Positions 45,001 through 57,529 of a DNA stretch of 64,000 bases are shown here, piece by piece (position 1 is the first letter of the stretch; every line of letters starts with the position of its first letter). A program made the translations under genes and the position numbers. The notes under the pieces were generated by a model. The model saw only the letters and a program-made list of their open reading frames with translations, made no database searches and had not been told where the DNA came from. Location of the stretch: the NCBI GenBank assembly GCA_047967505.1, contig CM106538.1; one strand, 5' to 3'. The DNA is from Dipteris shenzhenensis. Taxonomy: Eukaryota.

Positions 45001-46900
45001 AATTTAGGTTGAAACCACCAACTATGCTCTTATGACTACCATCATGGCTACAAAAGAGCCAGTGTACTTCGAAGATGTAGTAGATAAGCCAGAATGGCAA
45101 ACTACTATGAGTGAAGAAATGGATGCTTTGTACAAGAATAATACTTAGGAATTATGCGACCTTCCACCAGGAAAGAAGGCCGTAGCAAACAAATGGGTAT
45201 ACAAAGTGAAGTATAATCCAGATGGAAGCATTCAAAGATACAAATCCAGACTAGTTGTAAAAGGAATTAACAGTAATATGGTTAAGATTATGATGAGACT
45301 TATGCTCTAGTAGCAAAGATGGATTCCATACAATTCTTGATATCACTAGTGACACTCAGCAGATGGAATGTGTACCAGATTGACGTCAAGAATGCATCTC
45401 TCAATGGTTACCTAGATGAGGAAGTCTACATGCAAGAACTAGCAGGTTATGTTGAACCAGGAAAGGAGAATCAGGTTTGCCATCTCAGGAAATGTCTCTA
45501 CGGTTTCAAGCAAGCACCTAGAAGTTGGTACAGCAAAATCGACAAGTATTTTGCTGACCTTGGATACATGAAATCCAATGCAGATCATACTCTCTACTAC
45601 AAAGTTCAAGGGGAAGACATTACTATTGCACTTTTGAACATTGATGATCTGATTGTGACCGGAAGCAAGGATAGCTTCATCAAGGAATTGAAACAAGACT
45701 TATCTGCAGAGTGTAGACTTATGCACTATTGTCTTGGAACTGAGTTCCAGAGAGATTCAGATAGCACCTTTATGAGTCAGTTCAAATATGTGAGATAGTC
45801 TCTTGAAGAAGTTTCATATGGCAGATTGCAAGATTGCAGCCACTCCCATGGAACAAAGATTGAAACTTACAAAAGCTCTAGAAAAGCCTATAGTCAATGA
45901 CAGGTACTACAGGCATCTCATTAGATCTCTTATGTATCTGACTATCACACGGCTAGATATTTGTTATGCACAGTAAGTTCACTTGCACAGCTATGGCAAA
46001 TCCAAAAAAGTCTCTCTAGAATGTAGCCAAAAGAGTCTTGAGATACATCATAGGACAAGATAGTTCACTTGCACAGTTTATGGCAAATCCAAAACAGTCT
46101 CACTGGAATGCACCCAAAAGAATCTTAAGATACATCAAAGGTACAAGACAATTTGGGATAGAATAAAGAGGAAGTCATCCAAGGTTGCATGGATACTGTG
46201 ACAGTGACTATGCCGGAGGTCATGAGACCAGGAGATCCACACAGGGATATGCATTTTTTCTCCATCGAGGTGCTATATCATGGTTCTTAAACAAACAGCC
46301 AACTATTTCTTTGTCTTCGACTGAAGCATAATATAGAGCACTCACTACAAGTGCATGTGAGACTATATGGCTCAGAAGACTATTGTCAGAAATAGATTAC
46401 TTTGATGAATCAAAGCCAATAACAATATATTATGATAATCAATCAACTCAAACATTGGCCAAGAATCCAGTATATCACTCCAGGACAAAGCACATTGATG
46501 TCAGAGAGCATTTTATCAGAGAAAGAGTGTTACTTGGCGACATCACATTGTAGCATTGTGATAGCAACGAGAATGTTGCAAACATCTTTACCAAACCACT
46601 TGGTAAAGGGCTTTTCGAGAAACACTGACAAGGTCTTGGTTTGATGCATAGGAAGGACATTCCCATCAAAGGGGTGTGATAGAATGTAATGCTCAGTCCT
46701 TCTTCGACTCCCCAGAATCATCATCTTGAGGGAAGGCCTACTTCATGATGTTGATCTTGAGGGAAGGTGTTGACCACACCCTAAATGGGTTTGTATATAT
46801 TCCACATTTTCAACTAAATCTAGTGTACAGTTAGTCATTTGTGGTGTGCTCTCTAGCTGTGCCCTTTCTCCTCATCTCCACTCTTCTCCTCTCTCCTCTT
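42069..46900 (+). mobile_element. Old, heavily degenerate Ty1/Copia; matching LTR pair not identifiable
   Basis: gag KLDNSNYDTWK (~42390), CCHC knuckle CNYYHKFGHYERDC, WYIDSGAS, IN RSDRGDEY, RT KQAPRSW, RNase H to ~46630; many stops; ~86-bp duplication at 45976-46150. Confidence 0.88.
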
Positions 46901-46914
46901 CATATTTTGTCATG

Positions 46915-47035
46915 GTGGACATTATTCTGCAAGGGCATGCCGAATAGCTACCCTAGATGGAGTAGAAATGGATGGCTACTTCAATGGGAGTAAATTGAAA
47001 AGATACTATGGCCCCCTCACATTGCAAATGGGGCT
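46915..47035 (+). mobile_element. Gypsy integrase C-terminal remnant
   Basis: Translates IATLDGVEMDGYFNGSKLKRYYGP, matching the NG.RLK.Y terminus of non-chromovirus integrases. Confidence 0.65.
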
Positions 47036-47230
47036 TGGCATTTTGCGAGTAAGTTTTAGCGAGTTTTGCAAGTTTTTATTGAAAAATGATGCTTGGCTAA
47101 TGCTTGCTTGCTTACCTTTGTAGCCTAACGGTGAGCTATTGATTCAAGGTATTTATGATGAGATCTTGTCCTCTAATCAAACTAGCACCATGGTTTCCAT
47201 AAGAATTATAGCTAGCCACTAGCTATAATA

Positions 47231-47911
47231 TGTGGGGGTTAAAGGTCACTGTGCCTTTACCTCGGTTATGTACAATACTCAAACACATATATAAATGAAT
47301 GAAAAAGAAGATTAGGGTGGTTCTGCACCCACCAAAACTTGTGTGGCTCTTTGTTTCTCTCTCTCCCTCTTCCGTTCTTGCTTTCCTTGAGAGCTCTCTC
47401 AACTGGTATCAGAGCTCGGGTGATCTAGCTGAGCGTGCATGAATGCTTGAAGCTCGGCAACTCTGTGGGAGGAAGGAGAAGCTCTGTGGGAAGCTTTGTG
47501 GTGACTTTACTTGCATTCGAGTGTGCAGAGACCTTGGAGAAACCTTTGGAAAAGTCACTTTGGCTTTACGAAGTGGTTTTGAGAGCCTGTTAAGAGCTTT
47601 CAAAGAAAAAGTCGTTTTTTGAGCTTTTCCCTGTTCCGTTCGATGACAGAGACTTCATATTGACTTGTAGAGGCAACTATTGCTTGCTTTTGGTGTTCAC
47701 TTCACTTCAGGAACTTGGAAACACCTTCATTCTTGAATCTGGGATCATTTCATTGGATTTCTGACTCACTGTGTCAGTTTCTGCGTTTTTTGCTCGGGTG
47801 TTGGAACTCAAGTTTGGAGCAACCATTTGCAGATCTGTCAGTTCCGGTGGACTCAAGAGGTCCTAAAACTACTATGTTGCTCATCATTCGCACTCCGGTG
47901 GAGTTTACAAA
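47231..47911 (+). mobile_element. 5' fragment (LTR, PBS, leader) of the same Copia family as 7918-13285
   Basis: 171-bp LTR at 47231-47401, PBS at 47404-47415, and a leader matching the reverse complement of ~12603-13100; interrupted at 47911. Confidence 0.95.
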
Positions 47912-50900
47912 TGATGGAGAGTGTGAGGGAGAGATAGAGTAGGGAGTAGAGAGACACACTCACAGTAGTCACACACCAGTGGGTGGGGATAAAGGAATGA
48001 GTGGTACCTTCCCAAGTACACACACTAGTATATATATGGATAAGACTAGGGCCACTAAGTACCTAAGTACAATGTGTACTTAGTGTACTTAGTAGTACTA
48101 GATTAATACTGTTACAAGGGTGGCCAGTGCCTTTACCCCAACAACCTCCCACTTAAAGGCAGTGTGCCCATAAGAGAGAGTAAAAGAAAAAACAGCAATA
48201 TACATCATCATGTACAGGACCAGTTGGTCTGCTTATCCAATACCCATAAGCCGTCTGCAGTGTGCAAACCGCTCAGCAGCCAATCCTTTTGTCAACAGAT
48301 CTGCTGGATTGTCATCAGTGTGAACTTTCACAAGCTGAAGTTGCTTGTTCTCAAGCACCTCCCTGATAAAATGATACTTCACGTCGATGTGCTTCGTCTT
48401 TGCATGAAAAACAGGATTTCGTGCCAACTGTATGGCACTCTGACTGTCACAATGCAACAATGGAGTATCACTAGAGTAGCCCAAATCTGCCACTAGCCGA
48501 GATAGCCATATAGCTTCCTTGCACGCCTCAGTGGCTGCAATATATTCAGCTTCTGTAGTAGACAAAGCAACGCATTGCTGCATTCTAGATACCCACGACA
48601 TTGCACCTCCAGTGAAAGTGAAAACATAGCCGGTAGTAGACTTCCGGGTATCAGGGTGACCGGCATAATCAGAGTCTGTATAACCCTGCACTTTTGCATC
48701 TTGACTGCCGAAACATATACACAAGTCCTGTGTACCCTTTAGGTATCTCATGACACCTTTCACTGCATTCCAATGCTTCTTGCCAGGTTTAGCCATGTAT
48801 CTGCTAACCACTCCCACTGCAAACGCAATATCGGGCCTGGTTGCAACCATAGCATACATGAGACTGCCACAAGCTGATGCATACGGAATCTTTGACATCT
48901 CAGCTCTCTCAGCATCTGTCTGAGGGCTGTCCAAAGCGCTGATTTTCACATAAGGAGGTAATGGAGTACCAATACTCTTCCCCCCCTCCATGTGAAATCT
49001 TTGCAAGACCTTGCCAATGTATTCCTTCTGAGACAAGTATAGCAACCGCTTTTCCCTATCCCGAAGTATGCGCATACCCAATATATGGTTGGCATCACCA
49101 AGATCCTTCATATCAAAGGTCTGGTGCAATCTCTTTTTCAAGGCATTCATTTCCTTATGAGATTTTCCAGCAATTAACATGTCATCCACATACAAAATGA
49201 GGATAAGTAAACTGCCATCTGAAGCTTTTTTGGTATATAAGCAGTGATCAATGTCACTTCTCCTGTAACCCTGGGTTCGCATGAATGTATCAAACTTATG
49301 ATACCATTCCCTGGGTGCCTGCTTTAGACCATAAAGACTTTTCTTCAGTCTGCATACAAGCTTCTCTTTGCCCTTCACTGTAAAACCCTCTGGCTGCTGC
49401 ATAAAAATTTCCTCATGTAAATCACCATGAAGAAATGCTGTTTTGACATCCATTTGGACCAAATCCATATCTGCATGTGCAACCAATGCTAATACAGTTC
49501 TGAGTGTTGTCATCTTGACAACGGGAGAGAATATCTCCTCAAAGTCAACACCATATTCCTGCTTGAACCCTTTGGCAACCAGTCTGGCTTTATGCCTTGG
49601 CTTTTCACCAGGTGTGACTTTAAGTCTATAAACCCATTTGCATGGCAGTACCTTTTTACCAGTAGGCAAGGGTACCAATTCCCAAGTGCCATTCTTGTGA
49701 AGACTGTCCATTTCAGACTTCATAGCAAGATCCCATTGAACCTTGTCTGCCCTCTGCCTAGCCTCTTTGTAGCATGAAGGCTCTCCACAATCAGTGAGCA
49801 TCAAATAATCAATGCCTGGAACAAATCTTTCTGGCTGCCGCGTCTGTCTGGTTGACCTTCTAACCCAAAGACCATCATCTTGAGCTGGCTGTCCAGCCTG
49901 TTCATCACCCAGATAAGGTGGTTGTTCCATGATTCCTGGCTGCATTTGCATGTCAGGAAGATCACCTAACTGTGCCTCATCCATTGGGATGTTTTCTGCC
50001 ATAACTGGCTGTCCATTAGGATCTGCTGCAGCATCATTTAATGGCTGATTATGCTGCTGTTGTGGCTGATTTACAGCCTGTCTGTGTTGCCCATGATGCC
50101 TGTCATCATCAATAGTTACTTTTAAAGGTTCCTGCTGTACAACAGGTTCCTTGAACATGATGGTTTCATCAAACACGACATCATTGCTGCGTATAAGTTT
50201 TCTGTTCTTGGGATCCCAAATCCTGTAGCCCATCTCACCTTTGTCACCGTAACCTAGGAATATGCATTTAAGAGACTTTGGATCCAGTTTAGTTCTGTCC
50301 TCCCTGCGTACATGCACATACGCGACACAACCAAAGACCCGTAGGTGTTTGTAAGACGGAGGCTTGCCCGTCCATGCTTGTTCAGGCACACCACCACATA
50401 GTCTCTTGTTTGGTGACCTGTTAATAAGGTGCACAGCTGTCTTTACAGCTTCAGCCCAAAATGTGTGGGGCAATGCAGCATGTGACAACATGGATCTGAC
50501 TTTCTCTTGAATGGTCCTGAACATTTTTTCAGCTGTACCATTCTGTGGAGGATCATATGGTGCAGACAAAACCCTTTGGATACCCTTTGCCTCACAGAAT
50601 TCTTGAAATTCTTTGGACAAGTACTCTCCACCATTGTCAGATCGTAAGGCTTTCAGTTTTTTGCCTGTCTCATTTTCAACTAGTGCAACAAACTTAGTGA
50701 AAGCCTTGAACGTATCACTCTTCTTTCTGAGAGTGTAAACCCACACTTTGCGGGTGGCGTCATCTATGAATGACAGTATGTACTTTGAACCTCCTAAAGA
50801 GAGTGTAGGCATCTCACACACATCTGTATGTACTAGCTCCAAGAGCTGTAATTTCTGATTTGACCTTCTCTTATGAGGTATTTGTACTTGACGACCGTAG

Positions 50901-53700
50901 AGACAAAATTCACATTTCTGCAAATCTGAATATTTTAGACTCGGCAAGTAACCAAAATGAGCCAATTGCTCCATTCCCTTAATACTCATATGGCCAAGCC
51001 GGCTATGCCACAATGAAATCTTTGGCAGCTCGGTGGCATTTACATCAGAATGCGGACAATGTCCAGCATGAAGAGAGTACAAAGTATCAACCTTAGGACC
51101 CCTGGCAATAGCCATTGCCCCTTTGCTGATTTTCCATTTCTGATTACCAAAGGTGGTAAGATAACCATCATCATCCAACAACCCTGTGGAAATCAAGTTC
51201 TTCTTCACCTGAGGAACATGCCTGACCCCTTTAAGCATTAACTGCTGGCCATTTTCAAGAACAAGCCTGACATCACCTATACCAATGATAGAACATGCAT
51301 GGTTATCACCAAGAAAGACAACTCCCTTCTGCCCTCCTGCATATCTGACAAACAGATCTCTGTAGGATGTCACATGAAAGGAGGCACCTGAATCTATAAT
51401 CCAGGAAAACATATCTGATCCATCACCAGCATGAAGTGTATGAGCCTCCAGTGAAGAGGTGAAACATATCTCATGTCCACTGTCACTGTCACTAACATAA
51501 GTAACATTCAGCTCTTCTTTTTCTTTGCCCTTAGACTTGCCTTGAGCCTTGCCTTCTTTGGCTCTCTGGTCATTCTTCTTTTGAAAACACTTTTTCTCAA
51601 TATGTCCCTTCTTGCCACAATAGTTGCATACAAGATCACTCTTAGAGCGGGACTTGCTCCTCTCTCTTTCTTTGTCTTTACCACGTGTTTTGGACCTGCT
51701 GCGTGCATTCAAAGCATTTGACTTCCCAATAGCATTGTTCTTTCTGTTCATCTCTTCCTGTAGAAGAGCACTCTCCACATCTGCAAATACCAGAATGGTT
51801 TTTGAGTTGCTGGTAGAAGTCCTGAATGTGTCCCATGACTCAGGTAGAGAACATAGGATGAGTGTAGCTTTCAGCTCATCATCGAGCTTCAACCCCTGGT
51901 TGATCACCTGGCTGAATATGCTGTTAAACTCAATAATATGAGTGGACATAGCAGTCCCCTCCTTCATTTGAAGACCAACAAGCTTTTTTAGCCAGTAAGC
52001 TTTTCCCGTGGCACTTTTCTTGGCATAAGTATCCTCAAGACGTTGCCACATCTCCCACGCAGTAGGTTCATCCCTGATGCCTACAACCAGTGAATCAACA
52101 ACTGTAAGCATAATGGTCGACCTGGCCAAGCTGTCCATCTTCTCCCACTGCTCATCAGTAATGTTGGAGGGCTTAACACCCTTCTCCTTTATAGGTTTGT
52201 ACTGGTCCTTCTGCATCAACACATTGTAGCATTGTGTCCTCCATATGTCGTAATTTTTAGCTCCTTCGAGCTTCTTTATCTGAAACAAGGACGACACATC
52301 GCTGCCGGAACTCATGGTAAAGAAAATAGAGTTTGACTCCCTGTAGTCGTGCAATTAAGCACTAGTTACTCCAAGAAAATTCCCCCGCAGCGGAAGTACG
52401 ATCAGAAAATGAACTTGATACTGTTTCAGTGGCATAAAACCAACTGAAAGTCTGTCTCCCACTTGCTGCAGAAACAGTACAGCAATCGGTTCCTGTCTTT
52501 TTTGCTGGCGAAAGTGCGGTACAGCTCCTTCAAAGTGCTCCAGAAAAATCCCAGAACTGTTTTCTGAAAAAGTAGCAGTACTTTTTGAGCTTTTTGACAG
52601 TGAAATCTGGTCAAACTTGCTGGTTGACAGTCTCGGACTGTCAAAAAAAAAAAAAAAAAATGAATCTCTGATTGTGGATGAAGATCTCTGATTTTATACC
52701 TCCATATGCTCCAGAAACTTCCCCCCCAACTGAATTCACAGTTTGGAAGTGAGATTGCTCAAAAGCCCTTTGAATGCATGAAGAAAATCAGAGATTTGAC
52801 CTCCAATTAAAAAGATTGACCTTTGACCAAAAAAAAAACTGTAAGTCAAATGTGCACTTTCAAAGCATAGTAGTGCTTTACGAGATAGCCTGATGCATGT
52901 AGAGTGCTCCCACTTGACAGATTTCCGGTCAGGCTACAAAAGCCCCAAATTTGACTAAAGTCAAACTTGGTCAAAATCGACCAAATCTGTACCAAATGTG
53001 GATGTACTTGCAGCAACAAACTAAAGCATTTGTCCCAAGCATAATAGCATCAAAAGCCCCTTGAATTGACTGCACATTCCGTGCATTAACACAGTAAATG
53101 GCATCAACTGCTACTACTCACAAGGAATGTGCGGGTACACACTGACAAAAGCATAAACCTCTGTTCAAGTGTCAAGCATACACACTGCAAATCTGATAAT
53201 GCATACACTGTGTCAACCCTCACTGGCCAAGTGAATAACCTGTCTCAACTCTGTTTGCGGCATAAGCCTCAGAGTTGAGTGATGCCCTGCCACAGTAGAT
53301 ACCAACACCTTTGTTGCGGTACCCCGCCTTTTGGCTGTACTTTTGGCCGTTGCTGCTATTCATCTGTAACAAAAGGAGCCGGAAGAAAAAGGGGGGGGGG
53401 CTGGTACGGGCGTGCACGCTGCCCGGAGACCTTGTCGACGCCGATGCAGCCACGCTTTGAAGTCGCTCCAGCTACACCGCCCGCGAGCCCTGGCCTGGCC
53501 TGCGCAGATGCAGCCCTTGGCTGCGACGTGCAGCCACGCCCTACGACCTACAGCCTTTGGCTCGCAGCCGCGCCCTGCGAGCTTGCAGCAGCGCCTTTGC
53601 GCTTGCTTGCAGCCTTTGGCTGCGTCATGCAGCCACGCGTTGGCTGAGCCACCCGCGCTCCCGCCTTTCAGCAACTCCAGCTACGCCGCCCGCGCCATCT
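47912..53700 (-). mobile_element. Ty1/Copia with intact gag-pol and 3' LTR; 5' LTR and PBS missing
   Basis: Putative 232-bp TG..CA LTR at 47912-48143, PPT at 48144-48159, intact ORF, and a leader ending abruptly near 53700. Confidence 0.9.
48233..52315 (-). CDS. Copia Gag-Pol polyprotein, 1360 aa, intact
   Basis: ATG at 52315; CNYCGKKGHIEKKC, WIIDSGAS, WHSRLGH..CEFC, HTDV..RSDNGGEY..E, YVDD and RNase H, with no stops. Confidence 0.97.
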   Translation of the reverse strand: MSSGSDVSSLFQIKKLEGAKNYDIWRTQCYNVLMQKDQYKPIKEKGVKPSNITDEQWEKMDSLARSTIMLTVVDSLVVGIRDEPTAWEMWQRLEDTYAKKSATGKAYWLKKLVGLQMKEGTAMSTHIIEFNSIFSQVINQGLKLDDELKATLILCSLPESWDTFRTSTSNSKTILVFADVESALLQEEMNRKNNAIGKSNALNARSRSKTRGKDKERERSKSRSKSDLVCNYCGKKGHIEKKCFQKKNDQRAKEGKAQGKSKGKEKEELNVTYVSDSDSGHEICFTSSLEAHTLHAGDGSDMFSWIIDSGASFHVTSYRDLFVRYAGGQKGVVFLGDNHACSIIGIGDVRLVLENGQQLMLKGVRHVPQVKKNLISTGLLDDDGYLTTFGNQKWKISKGAMAIARGPKVDTLYSLHAGHCPHSDVNATELPKISLWHSRLGHMSIKGMEQLAHFGYLPSLKYSDLQKCEFCLYGRQVQIPHKRRSNQKLQLLELVHTDVCEMPTLSLGGSKYILSFIDDATRKVWVYTLRKKSDTFKAFTKFVALVENETGKKLKALRSDNGGEYLSKEFQEFCEAKGIQRVLSAPYDPPQNGTAEKMFRTIQEKVRSMLSHAALPHTFWAEAVKTAVHLINRSPNKRLCGGVPEQAWTGKPPSYKHLRVFGCVAYVHVRREDRTKLDPKSLKCIFLGYGDKGEMGYRIWDPKNRKLIRSNDVVFDETIMFKEPVVQQEPLKVTIDDDRHHGQHRQAVNQPQQQHNQPLNDAAADPNGQPVMAENIPMDEAQLGDLPDMQMQPGIMEQPPYLGDEQAGQPAQDDGLWVRRSTRQTRQPERFVPGIDYLMLTDCGEPSCYKEARQRADKVQWDLAMKSEMDSLHKNGTWELVPLPTGKKVLPCKWVYRLKVTPGEKPRHKARLVAKGFKQEYGVDFEEIFSPVVKMTTLRTVLALVAHADMDLVQMDVKTAFLHGDLHEEIFMQQPEGFTVKGKEKLVCRLKKSLYGLKQAPREWYHKFDTFMRTQGYRRSDIDHCLYTKKASDGSLLILILYVDDMLIAGKSHKEMNALKKRLHQTFDMKDLGDANHILGMRILRDREKRLLYLSQKEYIGKVLQRFHMEGGKSIGTPLPPYVKISALDSPQTDAERAEMSKIPYASACGSLMYAMVATRPDIAFAVGVVSRYMAKPGKKHWNAVKGVMRYLKGTQDLCICFGSQDAKVQGYTDSDYAGHPDTRKSTTGYVFTFTGGAMSWVSRMQQCVALSTTEAEYIAATEACKEAIWLSRLVADLGYSSDTPLLHCDSQSAIQLARNPVFHAKTKHIDVKYHFIREVLENKQLQLVKVHTDDNPADLLTKGLAAERFAHCRRLMGIG

Positions 53701-56700
53701 TTCCTATTTTTTATATAGACTTCAAAGTGTTTTAGGCTTTCAAGTTATTATAGTGCACTAGTATTGGATTACTTTGAGAAGATGGACTTGTTTATAGCCA
53801 TAGTCTACAATGGAAGTCGAATGCTAAGGCTAGGAAATCAGACTGATTACATGCCACAATCCAAGGACATATTTTTGTTAGTGGAGCATGAACAATCTTT
53901 ACGTTGAATAAAAAGAAATTTTACTCTTTTTATATATGCATTGATGTATATATTTTTAAGTTGGATTACCTTGAGAAGCCAGACTTGTTTGATAGCAATC
54001 GATTGGGGATGGAAAACAAATGCACTGATTGCATAATACAAGGAGGGGAAGTACATGAATTAGCGAGACATACAAAAATGATAATTCATGATTGATTATG
54101 ATTAAGTTTAGGTTATAATTATGTTAAGAAGACTAGAGCTCCAAGCTTCTTGGAAGAATTGAAAAGAGGGCAAGCATCCAAATACTATCTAATGTGTACA
54201 TGTGATTCTTTGTTTTTTGGGTCTTTGTAACCAACAGGAATATATATTTGGTTTGCATCATAGGGGAATGGAGGTTTGCAAAACATTGTTTAGAAGATAT
54301 TGTACAGAATAAGGGACACAAATGTAACCATGCTATAGGGATTTGATCTTCATGATAAAAAGGAATGAAAAAGTATATCGAATGAATCTATTGTGGTCAA
54401 ATACCTAGTATGGGATTGTGTAAGAAAGGGGAATAGGTGAACATGTTATACCCTTAGTTATTGACCTTCCATTTTTCTCTCTTTGACTAGTCTATATTTT
54501 CTTAATAAGAATTCGTGCTTGAACCACAAAAACACATTTTAGGTTTGTAGTGTACACTGGATTTAATATACAATAATTAGTTGAGAATAAATTTTAATAT
54601 TTTCTTCATATTTTAGGGATAACAATGACAAACTGGTTGTGAAGCCTATCTTCTCCATGATGTGAATAAAAGTTCTAACTTTGTTCTACGTGGATGCTGG
54701 CAGGTGGGTTGGTTTGCTTCCAACCTTAAGATAGCAAATGAGAAGGATTATGGTTAAACATAGATGATACATATGTTTCTTAAACCTTTTACTTCACTTT
54801 TTTGGATTTAACATGTTGAATTGTTTTTTTGAAGATCCACTATGTATTTCTGGGTGACGAGGTTTTTTTGGGTAGATGATTTAATAGTTAATATTTTGAT
54901 ACATAAGCAAATAGTATCTATTGATACTCCAACATTTTTCCTAAAATATTGGTTTCAGAAGTTCTGGCTTAGAGATAATGGAAATCAACATGAAACCTAA
55001 TAGATGATGAGGAATCACTCAGTTTGGGAATCAATGATTAAAGCTATAAATCCCTTTTAAAGCCAGTACTACTTCTTTGGACAAGGATCCATTAGAGGCA
55101 AGGAGAAGGATTCAATGGCTCATAGAAAGCTTAAGGAATGAGGATCTAGTTGACAATGCATGTAAGATGGGGTAAGTAGGCTTCATAGCTAATGCACAAT
55201 AGTTATCTATGTTTTTCCAATATAAGCTAGTTAAAAACAATTAATAATACATTTCTTTATATCCATTCCATGCTCCTTGCACAACTAGAAATTCCCCAAG
55301 TCCTTTCCCTCCATAAGTCAAGAAATCTCTAGCTTATATTCTCCTACAATATTATCCAATTAATTAATCTTATCTTAGCCTCTCCTTTACCTTATAAGTA
55401 TTAAAGACATCATCAATTATGGGATAAATTTCTATCATTAAAAACATGTTATAGTATTAATCCATGTAGTCACCATATTTCTATTATGATGTTCACAAAA
55501 GTTTTGTAACTCCCTGTGTGGAAACAAGTTTGAACTTTTATAAAGGCAAATACTAGGTGGTTATTCATACTGGTCATGGCTCTAAGTTATCTTATAGAAC
55601 TTGAAAGTCAAATTTAAGGTTCATATTTGCTAACAACTAAGGTTGGTAGTCAGAGTTTGGGTCTACTATTCCTTATGTCAATAACTTCTTTTTCTTGAAA
55701 AAAGTAAACCATTTAGTTTCAGACTAATGCAACCAACATCGGAGATAATTTTAGCATTCAACTCATGGCATACAAATGTCACATATTGACTATGCCAGGT
55801 TCTATTCCCTTGTTTGTACTTCATGTGCCAGCCATCATCATATATGATCAAGAAATAAAAAAAAACTACTTAAATATTAGTATGATTGTCACAACACCTA
55901 GAAAATTCAAAGGAAAATGTGCTCATACAGATCCCTAGCAGTTATCAATATGCTATGTTGTAGTTTGCACGTACATGTATACCAACAAAAACATAAAAGA
56001 TAATCATACACTGGTTTATACATTCACCAACACCATTCGAGTGTAATACCTATGCTAGTAGGTTGGGAAGTGGTTTGCAATGAAAGAAGGAGGCTTGAAT
56101 AAAGCTAGCCTAATACATATCTGGTAGCCACTCGGATGGAGTTGTTAGCGTCTTATTGTTTCCTTCCATATTCCCTTGATTTTGAGTGAGAAATAAAGGT
56201 CCACAAAGCCTTTGAGGAAAAGAGAAGTTGGAGTTGAGCTTTGATAAGTCATTGGCAGCATCATTTTTATTGAAGAGGGGAATCTACTTACCTGCCACCA
56301 TCCAACAACCAAAATAGTGAGAACCAGTTTTAAATTTAGTTGGGAAGACAGGTGTCATAGACACCCCTCCCTTGTTATCAGAGTCCAAATAAAAATCAAT
56401 GCTTTGCCATACACTTTATGTAATATTAGGGTAGCAAGATCAGTCTAGAGGTTAAAGAGAGAAAATAATGAACCTTATAAAAGGAAGGGGGTGAATTTTT
56501 GACATAGAATAATAGAAATAATGGGGGAAAAAAAGGGTTTTAAGAGAAAGGGATTTTAACAAAAGGAGGGAGGGGGGGGAGTAGTAAAAAATGGGCTAAG
56601 GAAGTAAAAAATAATATTAGTAATTAAAAAAAGGGGGGAAGTTAGATATAGGAAATTAAGGGGGGCACAAAAAAGGGGGGGGGGAGGAAAAAATTATTTA

Positions 56701-57080
56701 ATGGGGATAGAAAAAATTGGGATAACTAGGGAGGGAAAAGATAGGTAGGGTCATGAATTAAGATAAAAGAAAAAGAGGGGGGGGGAAATGAGCACAAGGG
56801 ATGAGCATGAGTATCAGAAATAAGTAAGAGAGGGGGGGGGTTGGGGGAATTAGATATAGGAAATTAAGAGGGGCACAAGGGGGGGGGGGGAACCCATGTG
56901 TAAAAAACAAGGGGAAACCCCACGTGAAAAAAGGGAAGTTGTAATGAGGCAAGAGATGACCTATGAGTCCAAGTTTTACAAGAGGATTAGATGAGGTTTG
57001 AAGGTCGTGGAAGGTGCACGAGGGCCGAGACATACTGGCAAGAGGTGACGTAGTCGAACTGCATATATCAAAGTAAGAGA

Positions 57081-57223
57081 AGAGGCTTGGCCACAGGTGT
57101 GGCATAACAGCAGAGGCCGCCATGCAGCACAGTAATAGAGGCTGGTGTCACAGTACATCCAGGGCTATTGTCTTGTATGAAATCTTTCAAGCATTAATAG
57201 AAGGTTCCTTTCTTTGAAAAAAA
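57081..57223 (+). mobile_element. ~143-bp 3'-end stub of a LINE with TSD
   Basis: Ends ttcaagcattaatagaa...poly(A), like the LINE end at ~19630; 11-bp TSD aaagtaagaga at 57070-57080 and 57224-57234. Confidence 0.85.
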
Positions 57224-57371
57224 AAAGTAAGAGACTTAAGAAATTTTAGGGAAAATTAGGAAAATTTAGGAAAGACTAGAATTCAATACTTAGTAGAAGG
57301 GATGAATAGGTAAAATAGGGGGGGTTTGGGGAAAGAGAAAGAGGGGGTTTTTGGGAGAGAAATGAAGAGAC

Positions 57372-57374
<3 letters not shown>

Positions 57375-57410
<36 letters not shown>

Positions 57411-57446
57411 TATAGAGAGAGAGAGGGTAGAGAGAGATAGATGGAG

Positions 57447-57525
<79 letters not shown>
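57375..57525. repeat. Compound (AG)n microsatellite
   Basis: Read directly. Confidence 0.97.
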
Positions 57526-57529
<4 letters not shown>

